DNA from: Vicugna vicugna
Lineage: Eukaryota
Reading direction: 5' to 3'
DNA: 64,000 nt
Assembly: GCA_013265495.1 (NCBI GenBank)
Contig: MU058781.1
Coordinates: 10,769,009 to 10,833,008, forward strand
The translations under genes were made by a program, and so were the position numbers. Under the pieces are notes generated by a model, which saw nothing but the letters and a program-made list of their open reading frames with translations, was not told the origin of the DNA and searched no databases. Positions 1-13,172 of this stretch are shown here, one piece after another (positions within the stretch are counted from its first letter, which is position 1; each line of letters begins with the position of its first letter).

Positions 1-1879
1 CCTTGGTCATTCTAGTCTGCAGTTTCCCTGAAACAGGTCCGGGCCTGTATTTCCCTATTGCTGTCACACGCTTTGGAGAAACATGCATGCCCAGAGGTTG
101 GGGATACGTCTTGGGAACACCTTTCATGGCCCAGACCAAAAGCTGCTCCCCAGATGTGAGCAGCTCTGCCTATATCACATCCCTGAACACACCCCATATA
201 AAATGCAGCTGCCTTGAGTTCACATAAAGTAGGAGAATCCATTAAAGGAAAGTCAAAGAGAAACTCGGAGAAACCCCTTCAGTCCCCATTTACTATTTCT
301 ACCCTTTTCCTTTTATTATAATCAAACTCTGATGAATCCAGCTAATGTTTCTGTACCATTCTCCTGCCACTGCTCATTTGGACAACCCAGGTGGTGGGGG
401 AAGAAAAGTATAAAGTTCCTCAGTTGCTTCATTTCTCACATGAGTCCAGCAGGCCAGCATGGTTCAGGACACCTTGACAACTGACTCTCATGTACATCTG
501 TGACCTATTAGAAATAGAGAGTTTTTAAAAATGACCTCTAGACTCTTGTCTAAATCTGTGAAAACGTGTGTGTATGTGTGAGTGTACCCACGTGCATTCA
601 TACCTATATGCAAACACACACTGACTCCATTTCAAGAGTGGTGTGCAAAGACCTCCATCGAACATTTTATTACTGTTTGCACATTTGGTACAGAACAGCA
701 CTGAAGGGCCCTGCATCAGCAGCAGCTCCAGCAATTAGCTCCGAATGAAACAGTCATAAATAGTAATTAGTCATTCCCTCAGTCATGTCCCAAAGCCTTT
801 AAAAAAAAATCCACAGAGAAATCAATGCATTCTTTCCCAAAGACCTCTTATAGGCGAACCACCCACTCACTCCACCATCATTTCACAGAAGCGAAGAGCA
901 AGAGCAGGATTTCGCTGGCTCCCCAGGTGCCTGGAAACCCATGAGGGGAAGCAAGCAGAAGGGGGTGGAGAGAAAAGGTGGTAGAGAACTAAAGGTCTGA
1001 AGAACGTTTATCAAGGTAGGGAGAGGTGGGAATGCAGGAACCGAGAATACTCAACACAGGAAGACGCTGGGACAGGAGCCTAACTGATACAGGATTCCAT
1101 CCTACGTGGCACTACCCTTGCCTCAGCTGTGAATCTCAGAGCCTCGTGAATTATTCCTTTATTCGGTGGTGAAATCCCGCAGCCCCAGAATAAAACTGGT
1201 GGTGTCAAATGACTCTTCCAGTGGGGACACTAGATCGAAGAACTGAGGATGGTTTCATGTGAGAGAAGTCCCAGCCTCTGTCTTAAAAGTGTGGATTCTG
1301 AGGCCTGACAGGCCTGCCTGTATGTTGTTAGGGAGATGACAATTGTGACAATGAAACTCTGTCCTCCAATAATCAGACCCAGTCCATTCTGTGATGTGCT
1401 GAGTAGCCTCGATGGGATCCTTTTAATTCTCGCAGTCAGAGGTCTGGATGGGACCTTGAAAGCTTATCTGTCTTATGCCCGTGGCTTCAGTTATGTCTGT
1501 TCTATTTCAGACAGGTTTATGTCCAGCATAACCGTGAGCACAGCCTTTGCATATCAACCATCTAGACCCTGGACTAATCATTTGTGAGTACTTAGAGTGG
1601 AGAACAGTGGTTCAGGCATTACCAGTGGCCAGAACAAAGCCTGCAGGGTTTCTTCCATTTCTGAGATGCCACAGTGTTGCCTAGCATATGGAGTCTGAAA
1701 TGTAGAGTGAAGCATCTTTTATCAATATTATTTCCCACCTTACACTGTTAGTTCTCCAGGTAACCAAACCATAGTACTCAATATGCCCTGAGCACATCTT
1801 TTCCTGAGTGTCCAAGCACATACATACCCCTTGTTCAGAGTGCTCTCAGCCAACCTGATGGAATGACAGACGTTCCAGT

Positions 1880-2310
1880 CAGACCTGTCAGCCTAAACCC
1901 TGAACTTGCCATTTATTAGATGTAGGAACTTGGAACTGTTCTTTGGTTCCTCTAAGCCAGGAATTCTCAGCCCTGTTTGCACATTAATATAACACAAGAG
2001 GTTTAAATAACCACAACCACAACCACAGCCATGCCTCCAATACTCCCACCCTACTGCAGACTCTAAAGTCAGAACTTGTAGGGGTGGGTCCTGGTACAGG
2101 TACCTTTTAAATTAAAAGTACTTCCTGTGATCCTCTTCTCATATGCACTTAAGGTCCTGACCATAGTTAGAACCCTCAATTTTGCTCACCTGTGAATCAG
2201 TGATAATGCTGACCTATTTCTGAGGGTTTTGTGAATTTTTAATTCTACAACATGGGTAAAAAGCCTGGGAAATATTAAAAATAAGGTCAGTTTACTGTGA
2301 TTATGTCACT
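1880..2310 (+). mobile_element. MIR SINE, interrupted by a MER5A-like element
   Basis: MIR-like core (cttgccatttattagatgtagg...cctctaagcc) resumes after the insert as ctcaattttgctcacctgtgaatcagtgataat...gagggttttgtgaat. Confidence 0.65.
1958..2165. mobile_element. MER5A-like hAT-Charlie DNA transposon fossil
   Basis: Starts caggaattctcagccctgtttgcacattaat; contains agtcagaacttgtaggggtgggtcctgg, typical of MER5A. Confidence 0.6.
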
Positions 2311-2499
2311 ATTATCCATTTTGCTTCTAATGCATTTTATCCAGGACCTCTGAAAACTCTGTTGCAGTGCAGTATAAGTTATGGGTGTGTTTGACTCTGA
2401 ACGTGAGAGCATATCGGCCTGCCTAGCACTAGGCAAGCATCCAGCCTAGGGGAGATGGGCATTATGACGAACATTCTACCTGAAACGTTGTGTACCTTT

Positions 2500-3540
2500 G
2501 CTCCAAATATCCAGATCGACCCAGCCCTCAAGGCTTATTTCAAATTCTTACTTCTCCCCTCAGCAAAGCTTTTCCCATCAGAACTCAGAGCTCTGATAGT
2601 ACAGATCATTCACTTGGCAACTAGTTATAACTACCCTTCCTTGAAAAGGGAACCCTCCTTCACTGCTTGTGGGAATGCAGTTTGGTGCAGCCACTATCGA
2701 AAACAGTATGGAGATTCCTCAGAAGACTAGGAATAGACTTACCATATGACCCAGGAATCCCACTCCTGGGCATATATCCAGAAAGAACCCTACTTCAGGA
2801 TGACACCTGCACCCCAGTGTTCATAGCAGCATTATTTACAATAGCCAAGACAAGGAAACAGCCTAAATGTCCAATAACAGATGACTGGATAAAGAAGAGG
2901 TGGTATATTTAAATACAATGGAACTCAGCCATAAAAACTGACAACATAACGCCATTTGCAGCAACATGGATGCTCCTGGAGAATGTCATTCTAAGTGAAG
3001 TAAGCCAGAAGGAGAAAGAAAAATACCATATGAGATCACTCATATTTGGAATCTGAAAAAAAAACAAAAACAAACAAAGCATAAATACAAAACAAAAATA
3101 GACTCACAGACATAGAATATAAACTTGTGGTTGCCAAGGGGGCGGGGGTGGGAAGAGATAGACTGGGATTTCAAAACTGTAGAATAGATAAATAAGATTA
3201 TACTGTATAGCACAGGGAAATATATACAAGATCTTATGGTAGCTCACAGAGAAAAAAAATGTGACAATGAATATATACATGTTCATGTATAACTGAAAAA
3301 TTGTGCTCTACACTGGAATTTGACACAACATTGTAAAATGATTATAAATCAAAAAAAAAGTTTAAAAAAATAACTACCCTTCCTTCCTGCTCTTATGTTA
3401 TTTAAACTTGCTTGGCTCTTTTTTGTTTATATCTTGTCTTTCCAAATAGACATTCTATTTTCATCTTTTTTCAAAATCCCTCACAGAGCTTAACATGGTA
3501 TATAATACATGGCATATGTTAATAAAAATAAATAAATCCT
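2500..3540 (+). mobile_element. L2 3' fragment split by the young L1
   Basis: L2-like pyrimidine-rich text before 2627 and an L2-like 3' terminus (cacagagcttaacatgg...ttaataaaaataaataaat) after 3385. Confidence 0.45.
2643..3369 (+). mobile_element. Young 5'-truncated LINE-1 (ORF2 C-terminus, 3' UTR, A-tail)
   Basis: ORF 2667-2912 reads [37 protein letters not shown]...FIAALFTIAK (L1 ORF2p C-terminus); A-rich tail; perfect TSD ATAACTACCCTTCCTT at 2627-2642 and 3370-3385. Confidence 0.95.
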
Positions 3541-3727
3541 CTGGTAAGGAGAGACAAGAATTTTACTTGAATTTTAGTACAAACTGAAATGGGATAGAAA
3601 TGGAGATATTAAAAAAAAACGCAAACAAACATTTTAATTTCATGGTAATGAATTATGCTTTCTTAGTTGCCAAACACATTATGGGTACCAGCTGCCAAAA
3701 AGATAGTACAATCATACAGCAAAAACT

Positions 3728-3882
3728 ATGGAGTTTGGAGACACAGATTCTAGTCCTAATGCTATTAATCTATAACTTGAGACCCTGAGGAAGTCAAGTC
3801 ACTTTTATGGTTTTCAGCTTCTGCAAGAGGCAAGGGTTATACGCTGCTCTGTAAGGTAGCTTTCAGCCCTCCCATTCTATAT
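3728..3882 (+). mobile_element. MIR/MIR3 fragment
   Basis: tggagtttggagacacagattctagtcct...gaccctgaggaagtca...ctgtaaggtagctttcagccctcccattctat. Confidence 0.55.
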
Positions 3883-3896
3883 TGGTGACTCCAAGA

Positions 3897-3970
3897 TTTT
3901 TATTATTTAATTTTAATTTTATTTTTTAAATTTAATTTTAATTTAATTTAGTTTAATTTTTTTTTATTAA
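3897..3970. repeat. AT-rich (TTTAA)n-like low-complexity tract
   Basis: Imperfect TTTAA/TTTTAA repeats visible directly. Confidence 0.85.
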
Positions 3971-5714
3971 TCCCCTCATTTTATTGAAGAGAAACCTGAA
4001 TCCCAGGTAGGTGTGACGCTAGGATTTTTAAATACAAGTGTGCTAAGTTGCAGACATTGAGGACTTCCCAATAGATAGATTATGCCCTTGAGAATTGAGG
4101 ATAGAATTATGCAAAAGTAAGAATTCAGGGAAAGGATGAAAACCCAGCCTGAATAAAGAAAGGGAAACAAAGAGCTTGGAATGAAGCATGATTTGTGGGC
4201 CTCTACTGCCCTCCTCAGAGAAAAGGGTGGCAGTGGGCCTGCAGGCACTTCAACGTGGGGAGGGAGAGAAAAGACTTTTCTGCCATCAAGATACAGTGAA
4301 CAAGACTTCCCTGGAAAAACAGTATTCAGGGTGGATTAAGCTATTTCTGAGATAACAATATGCCTCTGAGAGTCAGATGTCCTAATTTGAAAGCTCATCA
4401 AATCATCTTGATAATTATTCAGACCAACACTGATGAAGCACTTGCTATGCCTGTCAAAAGTAAAAGGGACCCTATTTAGAGACACTGCAAAACCTTATTT
4501 CTCACCCTCAGATAAGCTATCCCATTTTCCTACCTGGTGATTCTTCTAATAAGTGCTTCAATTTTTTAATAAAAGTCACCACTGGCTCCTCACATTTCTT
4601 TTTTGAAGTGTAGTGTAGTTTAAAGGTTTTAATTATAATCCACAGATATGTGCAATCGTCACCACTGTACTGGGTCATTAAAGACCCCTCCCTGGTGGAA
4701 CTCAGCCCACAGATGCATTCTTACCTCCCTGAGTCTCCCTTTCTCCTCCACCAGAGGAGGGGAGGCCAGGCCCTTTCCTCCATCCTGCCTTTGTGTCCAC
4801 CACACTCTGTGAGTGGATCTCCTTCTCATCTCACCTCTCTGTACAAATACAAGTCATTTACAAAGACCCACCTCTCAAGTCACTACGCTGTAGAATCTTC
4901 TCCAACCCTTCCTGTCAAAATCAGCTTTGGAGATAAACCATTAAATGTGGAGGACTGATCCAAAATATTCACCTCCTTTCCAGCACTATCCCCAAAACAT
5001 ACTGAAATGAAAGCGAAGAAATTACAAGTCAAAACCCAAAAGAAGAAAGAGAACAGGACAGAAGACAGTTATCACTGGAGAAATTTTTACTTTAATAAAA
5101 ATAAGAGACAGCTCTGTCAGGGAGTTTGGTGGAAGAAACAGAAACAAGAAGAACATATAAAGTGGAAGGTAGGGACTGTTCTGTACAGGAAAAAAAAATA
5201 TATATATATATATAAAAAGAAACTAAATGTAACTAAAGAATATATTAAATAGTGACAGCATATGAGAATGCAAGAATAATCAATCCCAAAATATAATAAG
5301 CAGCTTAAAATTTTAAAAGTAAATCAAGAGATAGCTGTTATACATGTATTTTTAGAGATACAACACATATGCCCGAAAAGAAGTAGCTAATAAAACTGAA
5401 AGTGATTGCTTCAGGGGAGCCAAATATTGATGTTGTTGTTTTTGTTACGACTTTATTTGAGATTGCATTAAACTAGCTGCCTGTAATATCTAAGTAAAAA
5501 AATAATAATTTTAAGAGGCAAGTAGAAAATCAACTCATCACTCCCTTCTACCCTATCAGACTCTACGAGACCTTTGTTTGTACCTTTCTTTTCTATTATA
5601 ACTGGGTACTTTCTCACTAAATGATTGTAAGTTCCTTAAAGAGAAGTACTGTGCCTTTATTCTATATTCCTTCTATACCTCCTCTCAATGGCTCTTGGAA
5701 AAACAAGCATGCAT

Positions 5715-5840
5715 TTTGGGGCGTTGTCATATTGGAAATGTACCTGTTATTGAAGATGTTGCGATTCTAGACATTCTGTAACATGCAGGATATTCCCACA
5801 CAACAAAGAATTACCTTGTTTCAAACATTTTGAGAAACAA
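5715..5840. mobile_element. MER20-like DNA transposon fragment
   Basis: acattctgtaacatgcaggatattcccacacaacaaagaattacc...ttgagaaac resembles the MER20 3' half. Confidence 0.6.
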
Positions 5841-6799
5841 GACGTAGTATGGTATTAGACTTGGTTTTCGGTCAACATGCCAATGATGCTGAAAGGATTA
5901 AAATTTGGAAGCCAATGGCTGTCATCTACAACTGACTGTGAACGAGTTGAATAGGTCTTTTAGATAAAGCAATACATAGATTTTGTTGGAACTCAGGGTA
6001 ACAAGAAAATAATGAAAGTACATGTAATATTTCACCCCCACCACCAGAAGAGTCTGAGTCAGTACTTCTGAGTCATAGCCACAGACTTTGTATTTGTGTA
6101 AAGGTCATCAGAATATGCTAGTGCTGTCAGGTCTGGAAATCACTACAAGTTTAGAATTCACTACTAGATGAGGGTGTGAATAGGAAATGGGATAATTTGA
6201 GAATTTGGAGTCCCTAAGAGAAAATCTTCTATCCTATTCCATTTGTCAAGAGGTAATACACACTGTCATCTCAAAAAAAGAAGGCATTCTTTTTTCAACA
6301 TTTGAGTTTTGCTCCATTAAACTCAGAAGAGTTGTCATTCAAGGAGGGTCTACAGCAGGTTTCACAGCTGAACTTAGCTAGAGCAATATCTGATATCATC
6401 TCACCCAAAGTATTGAGACAATAAATTTACTTTCAGATTGCTAAGAAAACATGGGTTTTTTCACTAGCCTACAGATTTTACAGATATTTGAGGACATGGA
6501 CATTATTAATCCATGGATAATTATGTTTCTGTTTTAAACAAGCTATTCCTAAGAGTTCTATAATAAAATCTGTAACTTCCAGCCCTAAATTATTTGCCCA
6601 CAGGTGACATTAAAATATATCTCAAAATGAACTCCAGTCTCAGATGTGAGGCTCTATGTGGTATTATTAGTTTGCTGTCTAGTGACCAAATTGCAGCTGC
6701 ATGGCCAAATAAACATTTGAATAACTCTATCAATCAAACTAACAAAAGTTAAAACAGCAACATAATATTTTTACCTACTGAAATACGTAATATTATTAA

Positions 6800-7220
6800 A
6801 CTTAGAGTACTCTGTGTCAATTACTTGCACAAAAAATATTATACAAAGAGGATTTTGCCCATTAGCAAACAATCTAAATATTCCACACTAGGAGGTTGAT
6901 TAAATGAGTGGATGGACAATTATTTAGCCATTAAAACCCTGTTTTCAAAGACTGTATACAGACATGGGGAAATAGTCATTTTAAAATAATTGTATAAGGC
7001 AAAGTAAAAATTCCATATACAGTATCAGTCAACTTCACAACATATGCATAAACATTCATATAGATGGATATATATATACACATATATTACAATGTAGCAA
7101 TCAAGTATTTCTGGATGGTGAGATTTTGAGTATTTTTTATTTTCTTTACACCTTTTGAAGGTTTTCAAATTTTGCACCATGAAAATGTGTTATATATATT
7201 TTTTAATCAGAAAAAATAAA
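6800..7220 (+). mobile_element. Old L1ME-type 3' end
   Basis: gcaaacaatctaaatattcc...tttagccattaaaa and tatttctggatggtgagattttgagtatttt...aatcagaaaaaataaa. Confidence 0.6.
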
Positions 7221-8446
7221 CTGAGTCGTGTTACTTGCTCAGCAACACTCACGACCTCATGGACCACGCTCACCAAGTGAGGGAAGGCAGTTTGCTCATG
7301 GCAAAGGCTGCAATTCCAGAGAGACTTGAAGGGGCTGATTCAATTAGAGAAGAAAAAAAAATCATTACTTTTTTTCCCCCTCTGAGATGTTTTTTATGTT
7401 GTCAGAGTTGGGGGTAGAATAAAATACAGCACGTGGAATACTAAATCAAGAAGAAATAGATCCATTTTACAAGGCTGTGTTTTGAAATTATTATTATAAG
7501 TGAACTTATTCACAGTGCACTGGGCTTTGCAATGAAACAGCACCCTTCTCTCTCTGTGTCTCATGGCTCCCCTGCTATCTCTCCACACTTCTGAACAGTA
7601 AAATAAATCAAATTATCCTAACAAAAAGCAGAGTATTCTCCAAAGAGAGGCCCTCTGTCCCTCCCTTTATTCTATATTGTGTTTGAATAAAGCACATGAG
7701 ACCCTCTCATTGAATCCATCTAAATATAAAGCCTTTGAAAATACCAGGCATCCACCCCTTTCCAAACTAATGCACAATTCCCATTAATGTTAATACAAGC
7801 TATGTGGAGGGAAGAAGAAAAACCATTCCCATTATGTTTTATTACATTTTTATTTTATGAACTGGTCTCTTGGATGATAAATCAGTGCTACTGCAAAACC
7901 ATAATTCTTTGGGGAAAACCTCCATGAAATTTCCCTTCTTTGTGCTATTCTGATGCTGTCAAAAAGAAAAATCCCAAAGACCAAAAACAAGCTGAATGCC
8001 TTTGACCTGTGGTAACTGTTATACTGTGGATGACACCCCACTAAAATGCTAACTGCATTGTTCATAATTAGTAGCAACTGCAGTTTCACTAAAAAGAAAA
8101 AACTGCCTGAGATAATTATTGCATTTTACAAATATCCACTCAGCAGCTGGCAATTAGATAACCCTGAATCAAATTATCCCCACCATTAGATAAGTCTCAG
8201 GCACCTAAATGCTTCAGAGTCAGCATTTGGCAGAAGCCTAATTATGGTGACATGGCTCAGCCCTGTGGCTGGCCACAATGGAATGATCTGATTTGTCTTT
8301 GCTCCAAGAGGTGTGGGTACAAGGTACCTTAGTTCACTAATCTTTACCATTTCCAGATGGCAGATATGCATCCATTTCTGTGTATTCCTTTGTATTTCAT
8401 GCTCAGTCTTACCTCCAACCCTCTGCTCAAGTAGTTCTCTGAGCTT

Positions 8447-8476
8447 AAAACAAACAAACAAACAAACAAACAAAAA
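8447..8476. repeat. (AAAC)n microsatellite
   Basis: aaaacaaacaaacaaacaaacaaacaaaaa visible directly. Confidence 0.9.
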
Positions 8477-9112
8477 AACTTCTTTCTTTCCTTTCTTTCT
8501 TTCTTACCCTGGTCCCTTTACTCCATGAATATTTTTTCCCAAAATTCTGATCCACATTTCCCTCCTCCTTGGAAAAAAAATAGTAATAAACTTTATTTTT
8601 TAGAGCAGTTTTGTATTCACAACACAACTTAGAAAGTGCAGAGGGCTCTCACATACCCACTGCCCCACACAACCAGCCTCTTCCACACCAGAAATGTAAC
8701 ACATTTGTTATAGTCAACAGACCTACACTGATACGTTTTTATCACTCAAAGTCCTTAGTTTACAGCAGGGTTCACCTTTGGTGTACATTCCAGGGATTCT
8801 GGCAAATGTGTAATGACATGTATCCATTATAATATCATAAACAATAGTTTCACTGCCCTAAAAATCCTCTGTGCTCTGCATATTCATCTCACCCTCTCCC
8901 TTAAACCTTGGCATCCACCAATCTTTTAACTGTCTCTTAAGTTTTGCCTTTTCCATAATGTCATATAGTTGGACTCATAGTTTGATAGTGTGTAGCATTT
9001 TCAGATTGACTTATTTCATTGAATAATACACATTTAAGTTTCCTCCATGTTTATTCATCAATTGATAGCTCATTTCTTTTCAATGCTGAATAATATTCCA
9101 CTGTCTTGCTGT

Positions 9113-9287
9113 TATTTTTTTTATTATTTTATCACTAACAGTTTTTTCCAGCTTCATTGAGATATAATTAACAAACACCATTTCACAAGGTGTATGTACA
9201 ATGTGTTGATTTCATACACATATATGTTGCAAAATGATTATCACGATAAAGTTGGTTAACATATCCATCACCTCACATAATTACAGA

Positions 9288-9322
<35 letters not shown>

Positions 9323-9425
9323 CGGTGGGGGGGGTAAGAAAATTTAAGATCTACTCTCAGCAAATTTCAAGGGTATAATACAATATTGTAACTATAGTCA
9401 CCATATTTTATATTAGATTCCCCAG
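9113..9425 (-). mobile_element. Younger L1 3'-UTR fragment (L1MA9/artiodactyl-like) nested in the L1MC
   Basis: T-rich tail, cagcttcattgagatataatt...aagatctactctcagcaaatttcaa...actatagtcacc; host text taatattccactgtc resumes as tgtaccacagtttatttatcc at 9426. Confidence 0.8.
9292..9321. repeat. (TG)15 microsatellite
   Basis: Perfect dinucleotide run inside the nested L1. Confidence 0.95.
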
Positions 9426-11814
9426 TGTACCACAGTTTATTTATCCATTTACCCACTGAGGAACATCTTGGTTGCTTCCAAGTTTGGGCAATTATAAATA
9501 AAATATCTATAAATATCCACATGTAGATTTTTGTGTGGACATAAATTTTCAATTCATTTGAGTAAATACCAAGAAGTATGATTGCTGGATTGTTCAGCAA
9601 AGGTATGTTTAGTTTTCTAAAAAACTGCCAAATTGTCTTCCAAAGCGGCAGTACCATTTTTGCATTTCCTCTCCTTGAATGAGAATTCCTGATGTTCCAT
9701 ATCCTCCCCAACATTTTGTGTTGTCAGTATTTTGGATTTTGGCTATTCTAATAAGTGTATAGTGGTAGCTCATTGTTTTAATTTGAAATTTCCTAATGGC
9801 ACATAATGAGGTATCTATTCAAGTCTTTTGACCATAATTGTTCAGGTCACTTTCTTATTGTTGAGTTTTAAGTGTTCTTTGTACACTTTTGAAAACAGTC
9901 TTTTATCAGATGTTTCTTTTGCAAATATTTTCTCCCAGTCTGTAGCTTGTCTTCTCTCTCCTTTGACATTGTCTTTTGCACAGTAGTTTTAATTTTTAAT
10001 AAAGCTTGGCTTATCAATTATTTATTTCATGTACTGTGCCTTTGATGTGTCTAAAAAGTCATCACCATACCAAAGGTTATCCAGGTTTTTTCCTATGTTA
10101 TCTTCTAGGGTTTTCATAGTTTTGCATTTTACATTAAAGTCTTTAATCCATTTTGAGTTAATTTTTCTGAAAAATATAAGACCTGTGTTTAGATTCATTT
10201 TTTTGCATGTAGATGTCCACTTATTCCAGCACCATTTGTTGAAAAGACTATCTTTGCTTCATTGTGCTGCCTTCACTCCTTTGTCAAATATCAGTTGACT
10301 ATACTTAAGTAGGTTTATATCTGAGTTCTCTACTCTATTCCAATGATCTATTTGTCTGTTTTTTCACAGTACCACATTGTCTTGATTGCTGGACTTTTAT
10401 GGTAAGTGTTAAAGTCCAGTATTGTCTGTATTCCATCTTTGTGGTTCTCCTTGAATACTGTGTTGGTTATTTAGTTTTGTTTGTTTGTTTTTTTTTTTGT
10501 CTCCCCACATAAACTTGAGATCACTCTGTTGATATCCACAAAATAATTTTCTGAGATTTCTGATTGGGATTGCATTGGATCTATAGATCAAGTTGGGAAG
10601 AACTGACTTCTTAATAAGTACTCCTATCCATGAACATGGAATATCTTTCCATTTATTTAGTTCTTCTTTGATTTCATTCAACACAGTTTTATAGTTTTCC
10701 TCATATAGATCATGAAGATATTTTGTTACATTTAAACCTAAGTATTTAATTTTCGTGGGTGCTAATGTAAGTGGTATTGTGTTTTTACTTTCAAATTCCA
10801 CTTGCTCATTGGTATACAGGAAATAATTTACTTCTGTATACTAATCTTGCATTCTGCAACCTTGCTATAATTGCTGTTATTCTTGTATTTTGTTGTTGTT
10901 GCTTATTATTTCTGATTTTCTACATAGATGATCAGGCCATCTGCAAACAAATATAGTTTTATTTCTTCTTAACTTTTATTGTCTTACTTCATTAGCTAGG
11001 ATTTCCAGTACAATGTTGAAAAGCAGTGGTGAGAGGAGACATCCTTGTCTTTTTTCTGATCCTTGTAGGAAAATGTCTAGTTTCTTCCCATTAAGTGTGA
11101 TGTAAGCAGTAGTTTTTTGTGTGTATAAGGAACAGGATAAGTCTTTCACTAAAATGAGGAAGTTGCCCTCTATTGCTAGTTTACTGAGTTTTTATCAAGA
11201 ATGGGTGTTGGATTTTGTCAAAAGCTTTTTCTGCCTCTATCTAGATGATCATGTAATTTTTCTTCTTCAGTCTGTTTTTGTGATGGGTTACATTAATTAA
11301 TTTTCAAATGTTGAAACAGCCTTGAACAGTTGAATAAATTACAGTTGGTCATAATGTATAATTGTTTTTATATGTCATTGGATTTAATTTGCCAATTTTG
11401 TTAAGGATTTTAGCATCTATGTATATGAAAAATATTGGTCTACAGGGTTTTTTTTTATAATATCTTCTCTGGTTTTGATAATTAAAGCAATGCTGGACTC
11501 ATAAAATGAGTTAGGAAGTAGTCTCCCTACTTCTACCTTCTGAAAGAAATTATAGAGAATTGGTATAATTTTTTCTTTAAATGTTTGGTAGAATTCACCA
11601 GTTAATGCTACTGGACCTGGTACTTTCTGTTTGCAAGATTATTAATTATTGATTCAATTGTTTTAAGAGATATGGTACATACATTTGTAAGACATAAAAT
11701 TTATTTTGTACCTAAATAGAAAATACTTTTGAACAAACTGATCATATAGAGGACTCCTTGAAAAAAACTTCACAGCACCTAACTGCCCCCTCCCCTTCCT
11801 ATCACTCACCTGAG

Positions 11815-12057
11815 ACCAGTGGAATCCAAATCATGGTTTTGCCACTTATTAGCAATGTGGGTTAACAGGTGTTAAGGGGGAATGACTGGCAATTAATTTA
11901 AGCTCTCTTAGTTACTTAGAGAGGCTTAGTTACTTCATTTATAAAGCTGTAATTATACTTGCCTCATAGGGTGTTTATGAAAATTAAGTGTGATAGTATA
12001 CATAGAGTAGTTAATACAATCCCTAGAAGAGAGTAGGTGCTCAGAAAATATTAGCTC
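11815..12057 (+). mobile_element. MIR SINE
   Basis: ttttgccacttattagc...acttgcctcatagggtgtttatgaaaattaagtg...gtaggtgctcagaaaatattagct. Confidence 0.75.
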
Positions 12058-13039
12058 TCTTTCTGCTTTTTTTTAATATCTTCTACTTTGAATTCATTTT
12101 CAAGAAAATAAATCATCTCTATAAATGAACATATAGGTTCTCTGTTGTCAGAAAACAAAAACACTGTAATTCAATGTAGTTTCCATCTCAGATTTAACTG
12201 CTGATAAATTTGGAGCTAAATCTATTGCCCAAGTGTTTTAATCTACTCAATTCTTATTCCTGCAAGACTCTACTCCTTCTGCATTTTTATATGGATGAGA
12301 AGCAGTTTTAAATTAAATAATCTCAATCATCTCAAATTGTTAAATGCAAAAATGCACATATCAATTTAGGTGCAAATCATACATAATGAAGAAAGCATTG
12401 CATTAAAGCATAAGAAAATTTGAGATTTACTTCCAACTCTAAAACTAACTAGCTTACATGCTTAGGCACGAAATTTAATATTAATAGGCCTTAGTAAAAT
12501 TAAATGATTTGTGAGACCACTTTAAATTATAATACGCAATTATTCTGATCTTTAAATAGAGACATATTCAGAATAGACATTATGTGCTATATAATTTTCT
12601 TACTGTGTCAAATTTGGAAGACAAAAATTTAATGTACATCCCAAGAAAATGTCTACTAATATTTCTCTCTTGAGCATGCTTTTACATAGATGAAACTAGG
12701 GTAGAAAAGACATTTAAGTCTGCACAACTAATAGGACTTGATCTTTGAAAGAAGAAAAACCATTCTTTAAAATCTTTTGGAAAGATTTTAACTTCCATTT
12801 AATCTGTCCAATGTCTGTGTCTTGGCATAAATCTGTCCAGTGGAAGGAACACTGGATTAAGCAGCAAATAAGAAAGCTCACTTGCAGTTAGAACAAAAAA
12901 ATCTACATAAGGCTAAGGTATTACTTTTATGAGGTTCCTAAATAAACTGCCAAACATTTTAAAACCTAAATAATACCTATGTTTTATAAAAATGGATAGT
13001 AAATTGAATCCATTTTAGCATTAATTGATGCATGTTTCT

Positions 13040-13172
13040 TTGTGGGGGGAGGTAATTAGGTTTATTTATTTATCTATCTATTTATTTATTTTTAATGGAG
13101 GTCCTAGGGATTGAACCCAGGACCTTGCACATGCTAGGCACATACTCTATCACTGAGCTATACCTTCCCCCC
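13040..13172 (-). mobile_element. Camelid tRNA-derived SINE (Vic-1 type)
   Basis: Minus strand GGGGGGAAGGTATAGCTCAGTGATAGAG...GTCCTGGGTTCAATCCCTAG with Pol III A and B boxes, then (AAAT)n and AAACCTAATTACCTCCCCCC; perfect TSD ATGCATGTTTCT at 13028-13039 and 13173-13184. Confidence 0.92.

Larger units (their letters stand above)
8588..11680 (-). mobile_element. L1MC-type LINE-1 (3' UTR plus decayed ORF2)
   Basis: Minus ORFs 10409-10801 (KIKYLGLNVTK...LYEENYKTVLNEIKEELNKWKDIPCSWIG) and 9367-9714 (WKTIWQFFRKLNI...AIILLGIY...AQTWKQPRCSSVGKWINKLWY); L1MC1/2-like 3' terminus ctttattttttagagcagtttt. Confidence 0.9.

Noticed and set aside
12..242. Minus-strand 76-aa ORF MDSPTLCELK...
   Set aside because: No recognisable homology and no convincing splice context.
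560..622. TG-rich/CA-rich fold-back as a pre-miRNA (similar case near 40926-40980)
   Set aside because: Pairing comes from low-complexity dinucleotide tracts.
13095..13172. Genuine tRNA gene
   Set aside because: Has a SINE tail and TSDs and a degenerate cloverleaf; it is a retroposed SINE head.
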